Positions 17,882-28,410 are shown, counted from the first letter of the stretch. The stretch: 32,852 nucleotides of DNA from Promethearchaeota archaeon (GCA_008080735.1 SHMW01000049.1:1-32852); one strand, 5' to 3'. Notes: generated by a model not told the origin, from the sequence alone. Made by a program: numbers and translations.

Positions 17882-19849
17882 TTATATTTCTTCTAGCAAT
17901 GCATCGATTTGTTTTTCGTATTGTGGCTCGCGGTAATAACGCAGTGTAATTGCCTCAGATGGGCAATTGGCCAAGCAAGTACCACAGCCGCGGCATAAGA
18001 TTTCACTCACTTCAGCACCGCCTTCGATAAGGTTAATAGCGTTATACGGACAATTTAATTCACACAATCCACATTCCGCACATTTTTCTTTATCAACGGT
18101 CGCTCTTATAAGTTGGATTTGGAACTTCTCTTTACTCATAAGTCTTGCGAGTGAGGATGCCGCAGCCCTTCCTTGAGAAATCGTTTCAGATATAGATTTA
18201 GGTCCTTGACTGACACCTGCAAGTACGATCCCAGGTATCTTCGTATCAATTGGGTTGAGTCGAGAGTGAAATTCTTTGAAGAATCCATCTTGACTTGTTT
18301 CTAATTTCAAAGTATTTTGAATTTTTTGAATTCCCTCAGGAGGCACCATTGCGCATGAAAGCACTACTAAGTCAAACTCCATCTCTTGCAGACCCATAGA
18401 GTCTCTCAGCGTATTTTGCATGATGACCTTCAAATTATGAGTCTCGGGATCCTCCTCTATTTTGCTGATATTAGTTCTGATATATCTAATTCCTTCCTTC
18501 CTGGAGGCGGTGAAATACTCTTCATAATCCTTTCCCGCAGCTCTGATATCCATGTATGCAACAGTAATATCTGCGTCGGGATAATGTTGCTTAATTAATT
18601 TAGAGTTTTTAATCGTTATCATACAACAAACCCCCGAGCTACAGTATGTATTTTTATTCAAATCTCGCGATCCCACACATTGAATGAAAAGAATGCTTTC
18701 AGGCTCTTTTCCATCTGATGGTCTTACTAAATGTCCAACGGTTGGACCGTTTGGTGCCAACATCCTCTCAAGTTTCATCTGAGTAATAACGTTTGGATAC
18801 TCATCATATCCAAGATATCCTTTTGGTGGCTTGTATTCATCCCACCCAGTTGCAACGATAATAGAACCAACACTGAGTTCCATTATCTCATCTTCTTGTT
18901 CGAAGTTGATTGCATCGAGTTCACACACTCCTTGACATAGACCGCATTTAATACATTTATTCATATCGATTTGTGCCATTGAAGGAACTGCTTGAGCAAA
19001 AGCGACATAAATTGCTGGTCGAGGATTCATTCCCTCATTAAATTCATCCGCACCTTTAGCGGGGCAAACATCTTCGCACGCACCGCAACCATTACAATCC
19101 TGATTTACATATCGAGCCCGTTTTCGGATTTTTACTGTAAAATTTCCTACAAAACCCTCAACATCTTCAACATTGCTATAAGTATGAATATTTAACCCTT
19201 GTATTCTCGCAGCTTCTAGCATTACTGGGCCTAAAATTCAGATAGAACAGTCGTCTGTTGGAAAAGTTCTGTCTAATTGAGCCATTTTTCCCCCGATCGT
19301 CGGAGTTTTTTCCACAAGATGGACTTCATAACCCTCTTCTGCCAGATCAATAGCTGCTGTTAATCCTGCAACGCCACCTCCAATTACTAGCACACGTTTC
19401 TCGATGTCAACTTCTTTTATCTCAATAGGTTCTAACAAAGTAGCTCGGGCAGCTGCCGATCGAATCGCATCTTCAGCTACTTTTTGGGCACCCTCAGGAT
19501 CTTTTCTATGAACAAAACTACTATGTTCTCTTATATTTACGAATTCAAGATATGAAGGATCCATATCCATAGATTCTAAAACGCTTTCAAAGACAGGTTC
19601 ATGAGTTTTTGGTGTACAGGCTGCAACGATCAATCTATTTGCATCATATTCTTCCATTTTTTCCTTGATAAATTCCGCACCGGGTTCCGTACACATACTT
19701 ATATATTCATCCGCACCGACGACGTGCGGCAGTGTCTTAGAGAATTCAGCGAGCGCTGGGCAATCAATGATTTCGCTGATATTAATCCCTCAACGACAGA
19801 CAGCAACGAAAATTCGAATCTTTTCCTTGGTCTGATTAGTTTCAGACAT
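17882..19849 (-). CDS. hdrA: Heterodisulfide reductase subunit A, selenoprotein with 2 Sec (655 aa)
   Basis: One frame from ATG 19849: IRIFVAVCR(U)GINI...AACTPKTHE...VNIREH...VIGGGVAG...GGKMAQLDRTFPTDDCSI(U)ILGPVM, ferredoxin motifs, IQCVGSRD; TGA at 19792-19790 and 19240-19238. Confidence 0.92.
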
Positions 19850-20286
19850 ATTCATCCCTTTTGTTCTATTACACCTTTCGTTGTTTTTATTAATTTATAG
19901 AATATGATATCTAACAAATAGTTTTATGAAATGTAATATAAGGACTTTTTTTAAAAAATATATTAAAAATAACTGATTAGAATAGAAATTATCATTAAAA
20001 AATGAAAAAGAAAATTTCGATAAATTTTCTAATAAATAAAAATGAATATATTCAAGCGAAATTACACCCGCTTGTAAAATGTTCCTTAAAGATTGAATAG
20101 AATATAATATCCGAAATATATTTTAATTAGTGGTAATCTGAGAAGATAATTTATCAGAAAAAAATGAAGCATTAAAAGATTTTGAAAATTTTTTTTTTTA
20201 TGTCAAAGAATAAAATACTGCTTAGGTATTAGTTGTATAGAATAAAAATTATACAATAAAAACCTAAATTTCAGAGGAAGATTTTA

Positions 20287-20937
20287 TTGACAACATTTTT
20301 TCCAATAGAGTTAATATGTCCTGTGTGTGGAACAGAGTTTGACAGTCAGACGGTTGGGAGTTGTGGATTTGCTTCAAAAAGAACAGATTTCCGCCCTAAT
20401 TACTGGGGTGCCAATCCCGTATCTCACTTCTATCATGATTGCCCAACTTGTGGGTTTTGCGCTCCAGAAAAAATGTTTGACAGCGAAATAGTAAGTAAGG
20501 AGTTTATAAAGCAAATAAAACAAATGGGACCATTGAAAAAAACTTCATGGGAAGAAAATTTAACTCGTAAAATTGAACGGGCTATGCGCTGTTTAGAACT
20601 AATGAAAGAATATAAAATCATAGAGATAAATAAGTTCACCTTAGCAAACAATTGGATTAATGCATATTGGTGGGCAAATGACCGAGAAAGCGAATTAAGA
20701 TTTGCAAATATTGTATTAGGTTATTTCAAAGAAGTTTATAAACAAGAACAAGTTCCTGAGGGTCAAATCTTAGAAATACTATATTTAAGAGGAGAAATCA
20801 ATAGAAGAATCGGAAATATCGAAAAAGCTAATGAATTATTTGATCATGTACTTGAATTAGCGCAAGATCTTCCAGATCAAAGTAAAATCGCTTCTTTAGC
20901 CTATCAACAAAAAACAGATCCTCAAGAAATTCTATAA
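20287..20937 (+). CDS. DUF2225-like Zn-ribbon plus TPR protein (TTG start)
   Basis: CPVC...TDFRPNYWGANP...CPTCGF, C-terminal YLRGEINRRIGNIEKANELF; purine-rich GAGGAAG upstream. Confidence 0.7.
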   Translation: MTTFFPIELICPVCGTEFDSQTVGSCGFASKRTDFRPNYWGANPVSHFYHDCPTCGFCAPEKMFDSEIVSKEFIKQIKQMGPLKKTSWEENLTRKIERAMRCLELMKEYKIIEINKFTLANNWINAYWWANDRESELRFANIVLGYFKEVYKQEQVPEGQILEILYLRGEINRRIGNIEKANELFDHVLELAQDLPDQSKIASLAYQQKTDPQEIL

Positions 20938-21036
20938 GAATGGTTCTTTATTTCAATATCAATCGTGCCAAATTTTTTAACGTAAAATAGGCAATGGATA
21001 AATATTAATTAGAGAATTAGTATAAAAAATATAATT

Positions 21037-21459
21037 ATGATGTCCTTGTTTTCAGTATATCAGATGGGATTCCCCGTTGAATTGGTGATATTGATAATCT
21101 CTCCTATCATTATTGTTATTCTTGAAATAATTCTTCTTAAAGTCGGGGTAAAAGTGACCAAAGCAGAAAAACGAACGAACTTAAAGTGGATATTAGCCAG
21201 CTTGTTTATCCAAATAGGAGTCATCACATTCATAGGATTACCATTTATCTTGATGGGTATAACTGGTCAATTCAATTTGGGAGGACCTCCGTTAGAGTAT
21301 TTAATCCCCATAGCAATTATTGGAATAATTGTGGAAATAAATTTGATTAACGCGATTCATGAGTCTGGAATTGGAGGCTCAATATTAATTTTTACATTGT
21401 TCATTATCCCGATGATTTTTCTTGTGTATATCTTGGTTACGACAATTCCTTCAGTTTAA
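21037..21459 (+). CDS. Hypothetical membrane protein (about 4 TM)
   Basis: 140-aa ORF with four hydrophobic segments. Confidence 0.7.
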   Translation: MMSLFSVYQMGFPVELVILIISPIIIVILEIILLKVGVKVTKAEKRTNLKWILASLFIQIGVITFIGLPFILMGITGQFNLGGPPLEYLIPIAIIGIIVEINLINAIHESGIGGSILIFTLFIIPMIFLVYILVTTIPSV

Positions 21460-21472
21460 TACTTTTAAAGAA

Positions 21473-22405
21473 TTATCTTATTATTTCTCTGTTGATTTTA
21501 TTTCTCATCTCTGCAATTTCTTCTCTCGCGGCTTCTGCGAATTTTTCGGGGGGATACTTATCATTTTGAGCATATGCGAACATTATTCCTCGAGATGAAT
21601 TTATGATTGCTCCTAATCCTTGGCGGTCAAATCCATGCTGTACGTCCTTTGCGGTAGCTCCTTGCGCTCCATAGCCCGGAATTAAAATAATTGAATTTTT
21701 GACTATTTTTCTGACACTTTTCAATTCTTGGGGATATGTTGCTCCGACAACAACCCCTAGATTATGATAACCATTAAATTGGTCAAGATCTTTCCCCCAT
21801 CTCTGAACTAATTCTGCCATCCGAATATAATTTCTTTTTAGGATTACATTTTTTGAGAGAGCATCTAAAGTGAGCTCCGTGGTTTCATTTGATATTGAGT
21901 CAATTCTGAGGCTAAAAAGATCTTGAAAATCGTTACTACTGGGATTGGAAGTCTTAACTATGACAAATTTTCCGTTGTTTCTATACTCCAGAAAAGGATT
22001 AATTCCATCTTTTCCAAAATAGGCATTTATCGTACACGCATCTACGTTATAACCTTCGAATTGAGACTCTGCATAAGCTTTAGACGTAGAGCCGATATCA
22101 TTTCTTTTTGAATCGAGCAGAACTAAGAGATCTTTCTTATGAGCATATTTTATCGTTTCCTTTAATGCATTAAGAGCCTCATATTTTTCGTAAAAAGCGA
22201 TTTGAGGTTTAATAATAGGAATTAGGTCGTGCGTGTGATCAATAAGGGTTTTATTAAATTCTAAAATGATTTGATTGGGAGTTTGATATTGCTCAATTAA
22301 GTATTCGGGGATTTGATTTTTACTCCCGATTCTCGGATCTAGTCCCATACAAACGGGGCTTTTCTTTTCTTTGATTGAATCTAATAATTTTCGAATGAAT
22401 GTCAT
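21473..22405 (-). CDS. pyrF: Orotidine-5'-phosphate decarboxylase (subfamily 2)
   Basis: CMGLDP, KPQIAFYE, LLDSKRNDIGST, VKTSNPSS, VVVGATYP, LIPGYGAQG, INSSRGI. Confidence 0.93.
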   Translation of the reverse strand: MTFIRKLLDSIKEKKSPVCMGLDPRIGSKNQIPEYLIEQYQTPNQIILEFNKTLIDHTHDLIPIIKPQIAFYEKYEALNALKETIKYAHKKDLLVLLDSKRNDIGSTSKAYAESQFEGYNVDACTINAYFGKDGINPFLEYRNNGKFVIVKTSNPSSNDFQDLFSLRIDSISNETTELTLDALSKNVILKRNYIRMAELVQRWGKDLDQFNGYHNLGVVVGATYPQELKSVRKIVKNSIILIPGYGAQGATAKDVQHGFDRQGLGAIINSSRGIMFAYAQNDKYPPEKFAEAAREEIAEMRNKINREIIR

Positions 22406-22539
22406 AAAAATCCTTTTTTTACACTCTTTCTAATAGATTATTTACAATGAATTTAAAATTTTCTTCATAGACCTAATTTAAACAATAATAAGCAGAGAGA
22501 AAAAGCATTCTTAGAATTTTATGAATTAATTGATAAAGA

Positions 22540-23262
22540 CTAAGCTCCATTTAACTTCAATTTGTCAAGAATATCATCCCAGAAAGGACTATTGTATTTC
22601 CCAGAATAGTTGATCTCCTCAATATGCAACTTTACTGCACCAGTGGGGCAAATAGAATAACATGCTCCGCAATAAATACATTCATTTGGATAAATTTCAA
22701 TTTTTAGATCTTTTTCCCATTCATTATCCTTCTTTGAGAATACCTCAGTGCCTACCCTTATTGCCCCTGTTGGACAGATCTCCGCACAATTTTTACATCC
22801 TGTATTACACTCCTCAACGTTTATATCGATTTTCCCTTGAGTATATACTTTTGCTTCTTCTCCGGAATTTAGTTTTACTCTCTTAAAAATTAATTTAGGG
22901 ACAGCCTCAAGTTCAACCAGCTTAATCTTTTCCTGTTTCACCTCTTTCCCGTTAGATTCTATCTTTAAAGCCTCGAAAGGGCATAGGTAGGTGCATAAAC
23001 CACAAAAAACGCATATATCGGGGTCTTCCACAAAAGGAACGTAATATCGTTTTTTTTTGTATATTACCTTTTTCCCGAAGAGATCTTTAGGTCCCTCTGG
23101 TTTATATTTTCTAAATGCATCCTTCGGACAAATCCGAACGCAAACATTGCACCCTGTGCATTTTTCTCTGTCTAATAATAATCTATAGTGCTCTTTTAAA
23201 AATTTCACTTCAATCTTATCTATATTGTTCTCAGATATCTTCTGATATTTAGGAAATGACAT
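22540..23262 (-). CDS. Polyferredoxin (4x[4Fe-4S]), FwdF-like
   Basis: Four CxxCxxCxxxCP-type motifs (one CxxxCxxCxxxCP variant); directly downstream of fwdB. Confidence 0.8.
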   Translation of the reverse strand: MSFPKYQKISENNIDKIEVKFLKEHYRLLLDREKCTGCNVCVRICPKDAFRKYKPEGPKDLFGKKVIYKKKRYYVPFVEDPDICVFCGLCTYLCPFEALKIESNGKEVKQEKIKLVELEAVPKLIFKRVKLNSGEEAKVYTQGKIDINVEECNTGCKNCAEICPTGAIRVGTEVFSKKDNEWEKDLKIEIYPNECIYCGACYSICPTGAVKLHIEEINYSGKYNSPFWDDILDKLKLNGA

Positions 23263-23359
23263 TTTTGGTATAAAATATATTATCGTATTTAAGATATATG
23301 TGCTCTAAAATAGTTAAAAATAATAAAAGAGATATTTATTAAATTTTCAATACATTGAA

Positions 23360-24685
23360 TCACTGATTTTTTAGATTTTTTACTTTTTCGATTAAAATCT
23401 TCATAATTTCTCGGTCTGTCAATAATCCATTCGGGCCATCTTTCACTTTTCTGAGACGTATTGGAACATTATCCATTCTATAGGCTGTACCTTCACATTC
23501 CACTCCAGAGATTTTTACGGGTAATACTATATCTGCCAAAGCCGAGGTAGGTGTTTCATGGGGTTCTACCGAAATTACGGGATGTTTTAATAAATTCTCG
23601 ACGGCTGGACCTGGGAGATTTAAAACAGGATCAGTAGCGACAATAATTGAGACATCAATTTCATCTCTTAAAAGAACTGGAACGGTTGAATATTCTCCTG
23701 GATTATATCGAGGGTAACCTCTTGAAAAATCAATTGCAAGGGGATATCCCGTATTCCAAGAAAAGACAATATTAGATCCCGCAACATTATAATGACCCCG
23801 CATAGGTTGAATAAGAAATTTCGTATAATCATTTAATTCTCTAGTCAAACAAATAGCATTTTCTACATTCCGATGATGTGCTAATGAATGCGTTAATCCA
23901 AGACCAAAAAATATGACCCCATAATTACAATTTTTCATTTTTTCAACAAGATCCCTTATTTGCTGAATTGGAACACCACTTATACTTTCTTCTTCTACTT
24001 CTACACCTCTTAGTATACTCCTGAGTGCACTGAACAATTCATAATCCTCACTCGGATTTACTTGTATGTGTAGATCCGCAAGTTGAGCCGTATGGGTTTT
24101 ACGGGGGTCAATCACAACCATATAGCGATCATTCCGTCCGTCTTTTTTAAAATATCCTCGAATAAAATTACTATATCTCCCAAGATGGCGAGGATGAGCA
24201 TGGACTGGATTGCAGCCCCAAAAAATAACTAAATCAGCCCTATTCTTATATTCCCCCAAGGTTGAGGCGGGAATCCCTGCATCTTGAATCGCCATTATAC
24301 TTGGACCATGGCATATAGAAGAGCAGTTATCTAAAATACCTCCAGTTATTTCTGCTAATTCTATACCCCGACTGATCGCTTCTGCCTCTGTGCTCGACCA
24401 TCCATAAAGTAGTGGTCTCTTTGCATTTGCTAAGAGTTCAGCAGATCTGTCGAGCGCCTCTTCCCAAGAAACTTCTACTAACCCACCATTTTTTCTCATC
24501 ATAGGTTTTTTATATCTATCGGGATTATCAGGATTAGATGAAAAATAAATCTGTGTTCCTATTTGACACGCGTTCCTTACTTCAACAACTTTATTATCGG
24601 ACACATCTACTTCTAAATCATCACATAAACTGCCACAAAATGGGCAAACTACATCCGTATGTGTAATAATATCTCTTTCAACCAT
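23360..24685 (-). CDS. fwdB: Formylmethanofuran dehydrogenase subunit B (Cys form)
   Basis: CPFCGSLCDD, PLLYGWSST, NCSSICHGPS, NRADLVIFWGCNPVHAHPRH, MRGHYNVAG, GTAYRMDNVPI. Confidence 0.94.
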   Translation of the reverse strand: MVERDIITHTDVVCPFCGSLCDDLEVDVSDNKVVEVRNACQIGTQIYFSSNPDNPDRYKKPMMRKNGGLVEVSWEEALDRSAELLANAKRPLLYGWSSTEAEAISRGIELAEITGGILDNCSSICHGPSIMAIQDAGIPASTLGEYKNRADLVIFWGCNPVHAHPRHLGRYSNFIRGYFKKDGRNDRYMVVIDPRKTHTAQLADLHIQVNPSEDYELFSALRSILRGVEVEEESISGVPIQQIRDLVEKMKNCNYGVIFFGLGLTHSLAHHRNVENAICLTRELNDYTKFLIQPMRGHYNVAGSNIVFSWNTGYPLAIDFSRGYPRYNPGEYSTVPVLLRDEIDVSIIVATDPVLNLPGPAVENLLKHPVISVEPHETPTSALADIVLPVKISGVECEGTAYRMDNVPIRLRKVKDGPNGLLTDREIMKILIEKVKNLKNQ

Positions 24686-25088
24686 CTAAATGACCTTCCT
24701 TCTTATATTTACGTAATAAAGTTAAAGTATCTAATACTTTCCCACTTTCTACCACTTCTACTTTTGCTTTGATTCCTTTATATGTAGGTGTGCCCATCCC
24801 TTGGGAATCTGGATTAACTAATTGGTTTGCCCACGGGCCAGCGGGAATGAATATAATCCCTGGATGAGGTCCCTCTTCAGATATTGTCGAATAAACTATA
24901 ATCTCACCAAAATCGGTACTCACTTTAACAGGTGTTCCAACCATACAAGCTAATTTTTTAAAATCTTCTTTATCAAATTTGCATATCCCCGCAGCCTTCA
25001 CATATCGCATTTTGGTTTTTCCCGCTTCCAGAGCGACACCTTGATCGATCTGCTGACCAGTGATCAAGATTAAATCTTCTAAACTCAT
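24678..25088 (-). CDS. fwdD: Formylmethanofuran dehydrogenase subunit D
   Basis: LITGQQIDQG, GIIFIPAGPWANQLV, GMGTPTYKGI; overlaps the fwdB start by 8 nt. Confidence 0.9.
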   Translation of the reverse strand: MSLEDLILITGQQIDQGVALEAGKTKMRYVKAAGICKFDKEDFKKLACMVGTPVKVSTDFGEIIVYSTISEEGPHPGIIFIPAGPWANQLVNPDSQGMGTPTYKGIKAKVEVVESGKVLDTLTLLRKYKKEGHLDG

Positions 25089-25502
25089 TTTATTATCCTA
25101 TTAAGTTTTATATTTCTGATTATCGAAATTCAAATTTTAACAATTTGAACTGAATATAATTCTTAAAAAATATTGTTCAATATAAGATTTGTGGTTGTGT
25201 TCGCCCGTATATAACGGTGCATAATCATAAAAAAGCACAATCTGAGATATAATGTTTTTAATATGGCCTATTTAATTATAATAATCTAAAAATAACTTGA
25301 TATTTAATTTGAATCTTATTTTGAATTGATATATTTTCACTTCTTGGGAAATTCAGCTTGGATCTTTTCCATATAAAGATTATTGCTAATTCATGATATT
25401 TTTTAGTTTTTTTAAGAAAGCCCGATATGTATTGGAAAACACAACGCTTAAATTACATTAAAAATTTTACTATCAAAAATCAGCACATTAATTAGATATA
25501 AA

Positions 25503-26129
25503 ATGGTTGAAATAGAAGAACAACTAAAAATTTCACAAGAAGAATATAGAAGCGTTCCTATCCCTATTTTAGAAAATTCAACTAAAAAAATGGCTCAATA
25601 TGAGATTATATATTGTGCTATACTGGGGGTGATGGGGGGCATTATTTCCAGTCTTATCCCCTTTGGTTTACTGATTAAAATTTGGTATCCCCTTTATGGT
25701 GGTCAGCAATTAACTAGTGGACATCATCTAATATGGGCATCAATAGTCTATGGACTAACTAAAAAGAAAAGATCCATTATGACGACAATGCTATTTAAGG
25801 GTTTGCTTGAATTTATGCTTGGAGATTTGTGGAGTGTAATAATAATATTCGCAAATTTATTAGAGGGATTTTGTTTGGTAGTTGGTTTTAAACTGATGGA
25901 GCTATTCAAAGAAAATGAAACGAAGTTAGGGTGGGGATTAGCAGGTGGTTTTGGGAACTTTTTTCAAGCCCCTTTTTTTTGGACACTGAATCAAAGATGG
26001 CATTTTCATTTCAGCATTTCGCTTTTAACGTTCCTATTTGCATTTATATCAGGCGTCTTAATTACCGGTGTTTTGGGAAGAGCTATTAAAAACCACCTAA
26101 TTCAGGCTGGTGTACCAACGATGCTCTAA
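25503..26129 (+). CDS. Probable ECF transporter S component (membrane protein)
   Basis: About 6 TM segments, GLLEFMLG and C-terminal ISGVLITGVLGRAIKNHLIQAGV resemble YkoE/CbrT-type S components. Confidence 0.55.
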   Translation: MVEIEEQLKISQEEYRSVPIPILENSTKKMAQYEIIYCAILGVMGGIISSLIPFGLLIKIWYPLYGGQQLTSGHHLIWASIVYGLTKKKRSIMTTMLFKGLLEFMLGDLWSVIIIFANLLEGFCLVVGFKLMELFKENETKLGWGLAGGFGNFFQAPFFWTLNQRWHFHFSISLLTFLFAFISGVLITGVLGRAIKNHLIQAGVPTML

Positions 26130-26178
26130 TTAGCACTATTCACTCTTTTTTAGAAATTTTAGATTATAGAAAAAGATA

Positions 26179-27555
26179 TCAGTGTATTTTGGGAGATTTT
26201 TTTTCCTCTAATTCGCTAAAAATTATCTCTATAACACTAATTAAATTGGATTTATCAACCGTTTTTTGTTCCTCTGAAATCATATTCTTGATTGTGACCT
26301 TTTTTTCTTCCATTTCTTTAGGACCTATTATGAGAGAAATAGATACACCCAAGTCGTTTGCTTTACTTAATTGATTTCCAAGATTTTCAAAACGATAATC
26401 AATCATACATGCGCAATCATTTTCTCTTATCATATTAGATATTTTAAAGACGTACGGAGCTACTTTCTCATCAATATTTGCGATATAAATGACTTCCGAA
26501 TAGTCTGGGACGGATATTTCTTCCGGTAATAATCCATAGGTTCTGAGAAACAATTCTAACATCAATAATCCCATACCAAATCCTATACCAGACATTTGCT
26601 CATCTGAATACAATGAGAGCAAATCATCATATCTCCCACCTCCAAATATTGCCCGAATATTGTCTTCTCCTGTATCAAATACCTCAAACACAGTCCCTGT
26701 ATAATAATCTAACCCCCTTACTACTCCGGATGAGAATGAACAAAACTCTGATAGATTTGCTTGGTTAATTAGTTTCTCTAAATTTTTTAGCTCTTGAAAT
26801 CCTTTTGAATCATAGAATTCGGAAGGAATATCGTCAAAACTTTCTATGAGATCGTCTAAATCATCAGCATCTCGAAGCTTCTTTATCCCGCGAATTATAA
26901 ATTCACTTTCAAAGGAATCGATGAGATATTGTTCGAATTCCGATTCCTCCATCTTATCTGCTTTATCCAAAATGGTATAGACGAGTTGGATTTTTTCTCT
27001 GGGGATTTCTAATATTATTTTACAAACCGCATCAATAAATCTCCGATTATTGAAATATATCTGGAATTGGTCAGAGGTCGCCCCAAATTTTGTGAGGATA
27101 TCCACGACGATATTTAAGATTTCCAATTCAGCATAAAGCGTGTCTTCGCCCAAGATGTCGATGTTGTATTGCAGAAATTCCCTCCTCCTTCCTTTTTGCG
27201 GTTGTTCGTATCTATAGCATTTCGGGATCGAATACCATCGAATGGGTTTTTTAAGTTCCTGACTCTTTTTTGCCACCATTCTCGCTAAAGTCGGGGTAAT
27301 TTCGGGGCGAAGTATTAAGCGTTCCCCGGGCTTTTTCTCGACGATAAATGATTGTTCATTGACCAACTCGGTGGATGATTTTGCTTCGTAAATTTCAATG
27401 GGCTCAAGTAGAGGGGCATCAAATTCCTCATAACAATAGAGTTCCGAAATCTCTCTTAAAATATTAGTAATATAATCAACCACGCGCATATCGGAAGGAA
27501 AAAAATCATCCATTCCTTTGATCGGATCTCGGGAAAATTTCTTAGACATCATCAA
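26179..27555 (-). CDS. hisS: Histidyl-tRNA synthetase
   Basis: KGMDDFFP, LRPEITP, YRYEQPQKGRRREFLQ, VRGLDYYTGTVFE, GGGRYDDL, GIGFGMG, C-terminal anticodon-binding domain. Confidence 0.96.
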   Translation of the reverse strand: MMMSKKFSRDPIKGMDDFFPSDMRVVDYITNILREISELYCYEEFDAPLLEPIEIYEAKSSTELVNEQSFIVEKKPGERLILRPEITPTLARMVAKKSQELKKPIRWYSIPKCYRYEQPQKGRRREFLQYNIDILGEDTLYAELEILNIVVDILTKFGATSDQFQIYFNNRRFIDAVCKIILEIPREKIQLVYTILDKADKMEESEFEQYLIDSFESEFIIRGIKKLRDADDLDDLIESFDDIPSEFYDSKGFQELKNLEKLINQANLSEFCSFSSGVVRGLDYYTGTVFEVFDTGEDNIRAIFGGGRYDDLLSLYSDEQMSGIGFGMGLLMLELFLRTYGLLPEEISVPDYSEVIYIANIDEKVAPYVFKISNMIRENDCACMIDYRFENLGNQLSKANDLGVSISLIIGPKEMEEKKVTIKNMISEEQKTVDKSNLISVIEIIFSELEEKKSPKIH

Positions 27556-27764
27556 TTCAAAAATATCTATTTTAGGTTAAATAATGAAAAGTAAGTTTGA
27601 AAATATTTTTTATGATTCTTATAGATTGCAGAATTAGATCAATCTCTGATGCTGCAATCTCTTATTCTGATTGTATACTTCACAGAGTAAATGAAAAATT
27701 AATAACTTTTATAAGAACTATTTAAAAATGGTAAATTACTAGCTTACCTAAGAAATTCCCAATT

Positions 27765-27790
27765 TTAAGGTGGAAAAAACTGCACCTTAA
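27765..27790 (+). promoter_or_regulatory. Putative operator TTAAGGTG-N10-CACCTTAA just upstream of a TTTTTAAA TATA-like box
   Basis: Perfect 8-bp inverted repeat; related copies precede the next two genes. Confidence 0.6.
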
Positions 27791-27852
27791 CTCTTTTTAA
27801 ATAGGATCTCTTCTGAAAAGATAAGGAAATTTAATGAAAAAGTGATTCAAAA

Positions 27853-28410
27853 ATGGTATCAAAAAAAGTAATTGGTGGAATCATCGCTGTTATAGCAGTT
27901 GTTTCGGTGATTGCATTAATTCCGGTATTCATTTACGGATTTGGAGTAAATACGGTCCAATTAAACACAGGATTTGGAGTAACTGGCATTAGCAGCTCCG
28001 TGGCAGAGGGAGGATATAACAGTCAAGCATCTGGGACATTTGAAGGTACTCTTAATGCAGAATATCAAACAGTAGATCCATATAGTTATTTCTTCAGAGG
28101 TTTCAACAACCATGCATCAGTCTCACAGCAAGGAACTACTCCAATTGATATAGATCTTTCTATAAGTATTTTTATAGATTTGGACATTTTAACTCCAGCA
28201 GGTTCGATAAATAGAACTATTACTATAGACAGCGTGCAAGATATAATAAACGGAGGCTTAAATATTGAAGTAGGGCCAGATCATGGCGCAATAGTAAATG
28301 GAACGTACACTATATGGTTGTACGTAGAAATTAGTGTTAGCAGTTCTCTTTTTACAGATTTCTCCTTCAATATTACCCTCTCCGGTACGGTTGATGTCGT
28401 TATTCAATAA
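27853..28410 (+). CDS. Hypothetical N-terminally membrane-anchored protein
   Basis: MVSKKVIGGIIAVIAVVSVIALIPVFIYGF hydrophobic anchor followed by a beta-rich domain; paralog of 28579-29151. Confidence 0.8.
   Translation: MVSKKVIGGIIAVIAVVSVIALIPVFIYGFGVNTVQLNTGFGVTGISSSVAEGGYNSQASGTFEGTLNAEYQTVDPYSYFFRGFNNHASVSQQGTTPIDIDLSISIFIDLDILTPAGSINRTITIDSVQDIINGGLNIEVGPDHGAIVNGTYTIWLYVEISVSSSLFTDFSFNITLSGTVDVVIQ

Noticed and set aside
17404-19849. hdrA and mvhD fragments as pseudogenes
   Set aside because: Every interruption is an in-frame TGA at a conserved Cys, and a SECIS-like structure follows.
25240-25270. CTGAGA as part of a TPP riboswitch upstream of the ECF S component
   Set aside because: The remaining TPP consensus (ACCTGA...TAATGC...GGA) is absent.
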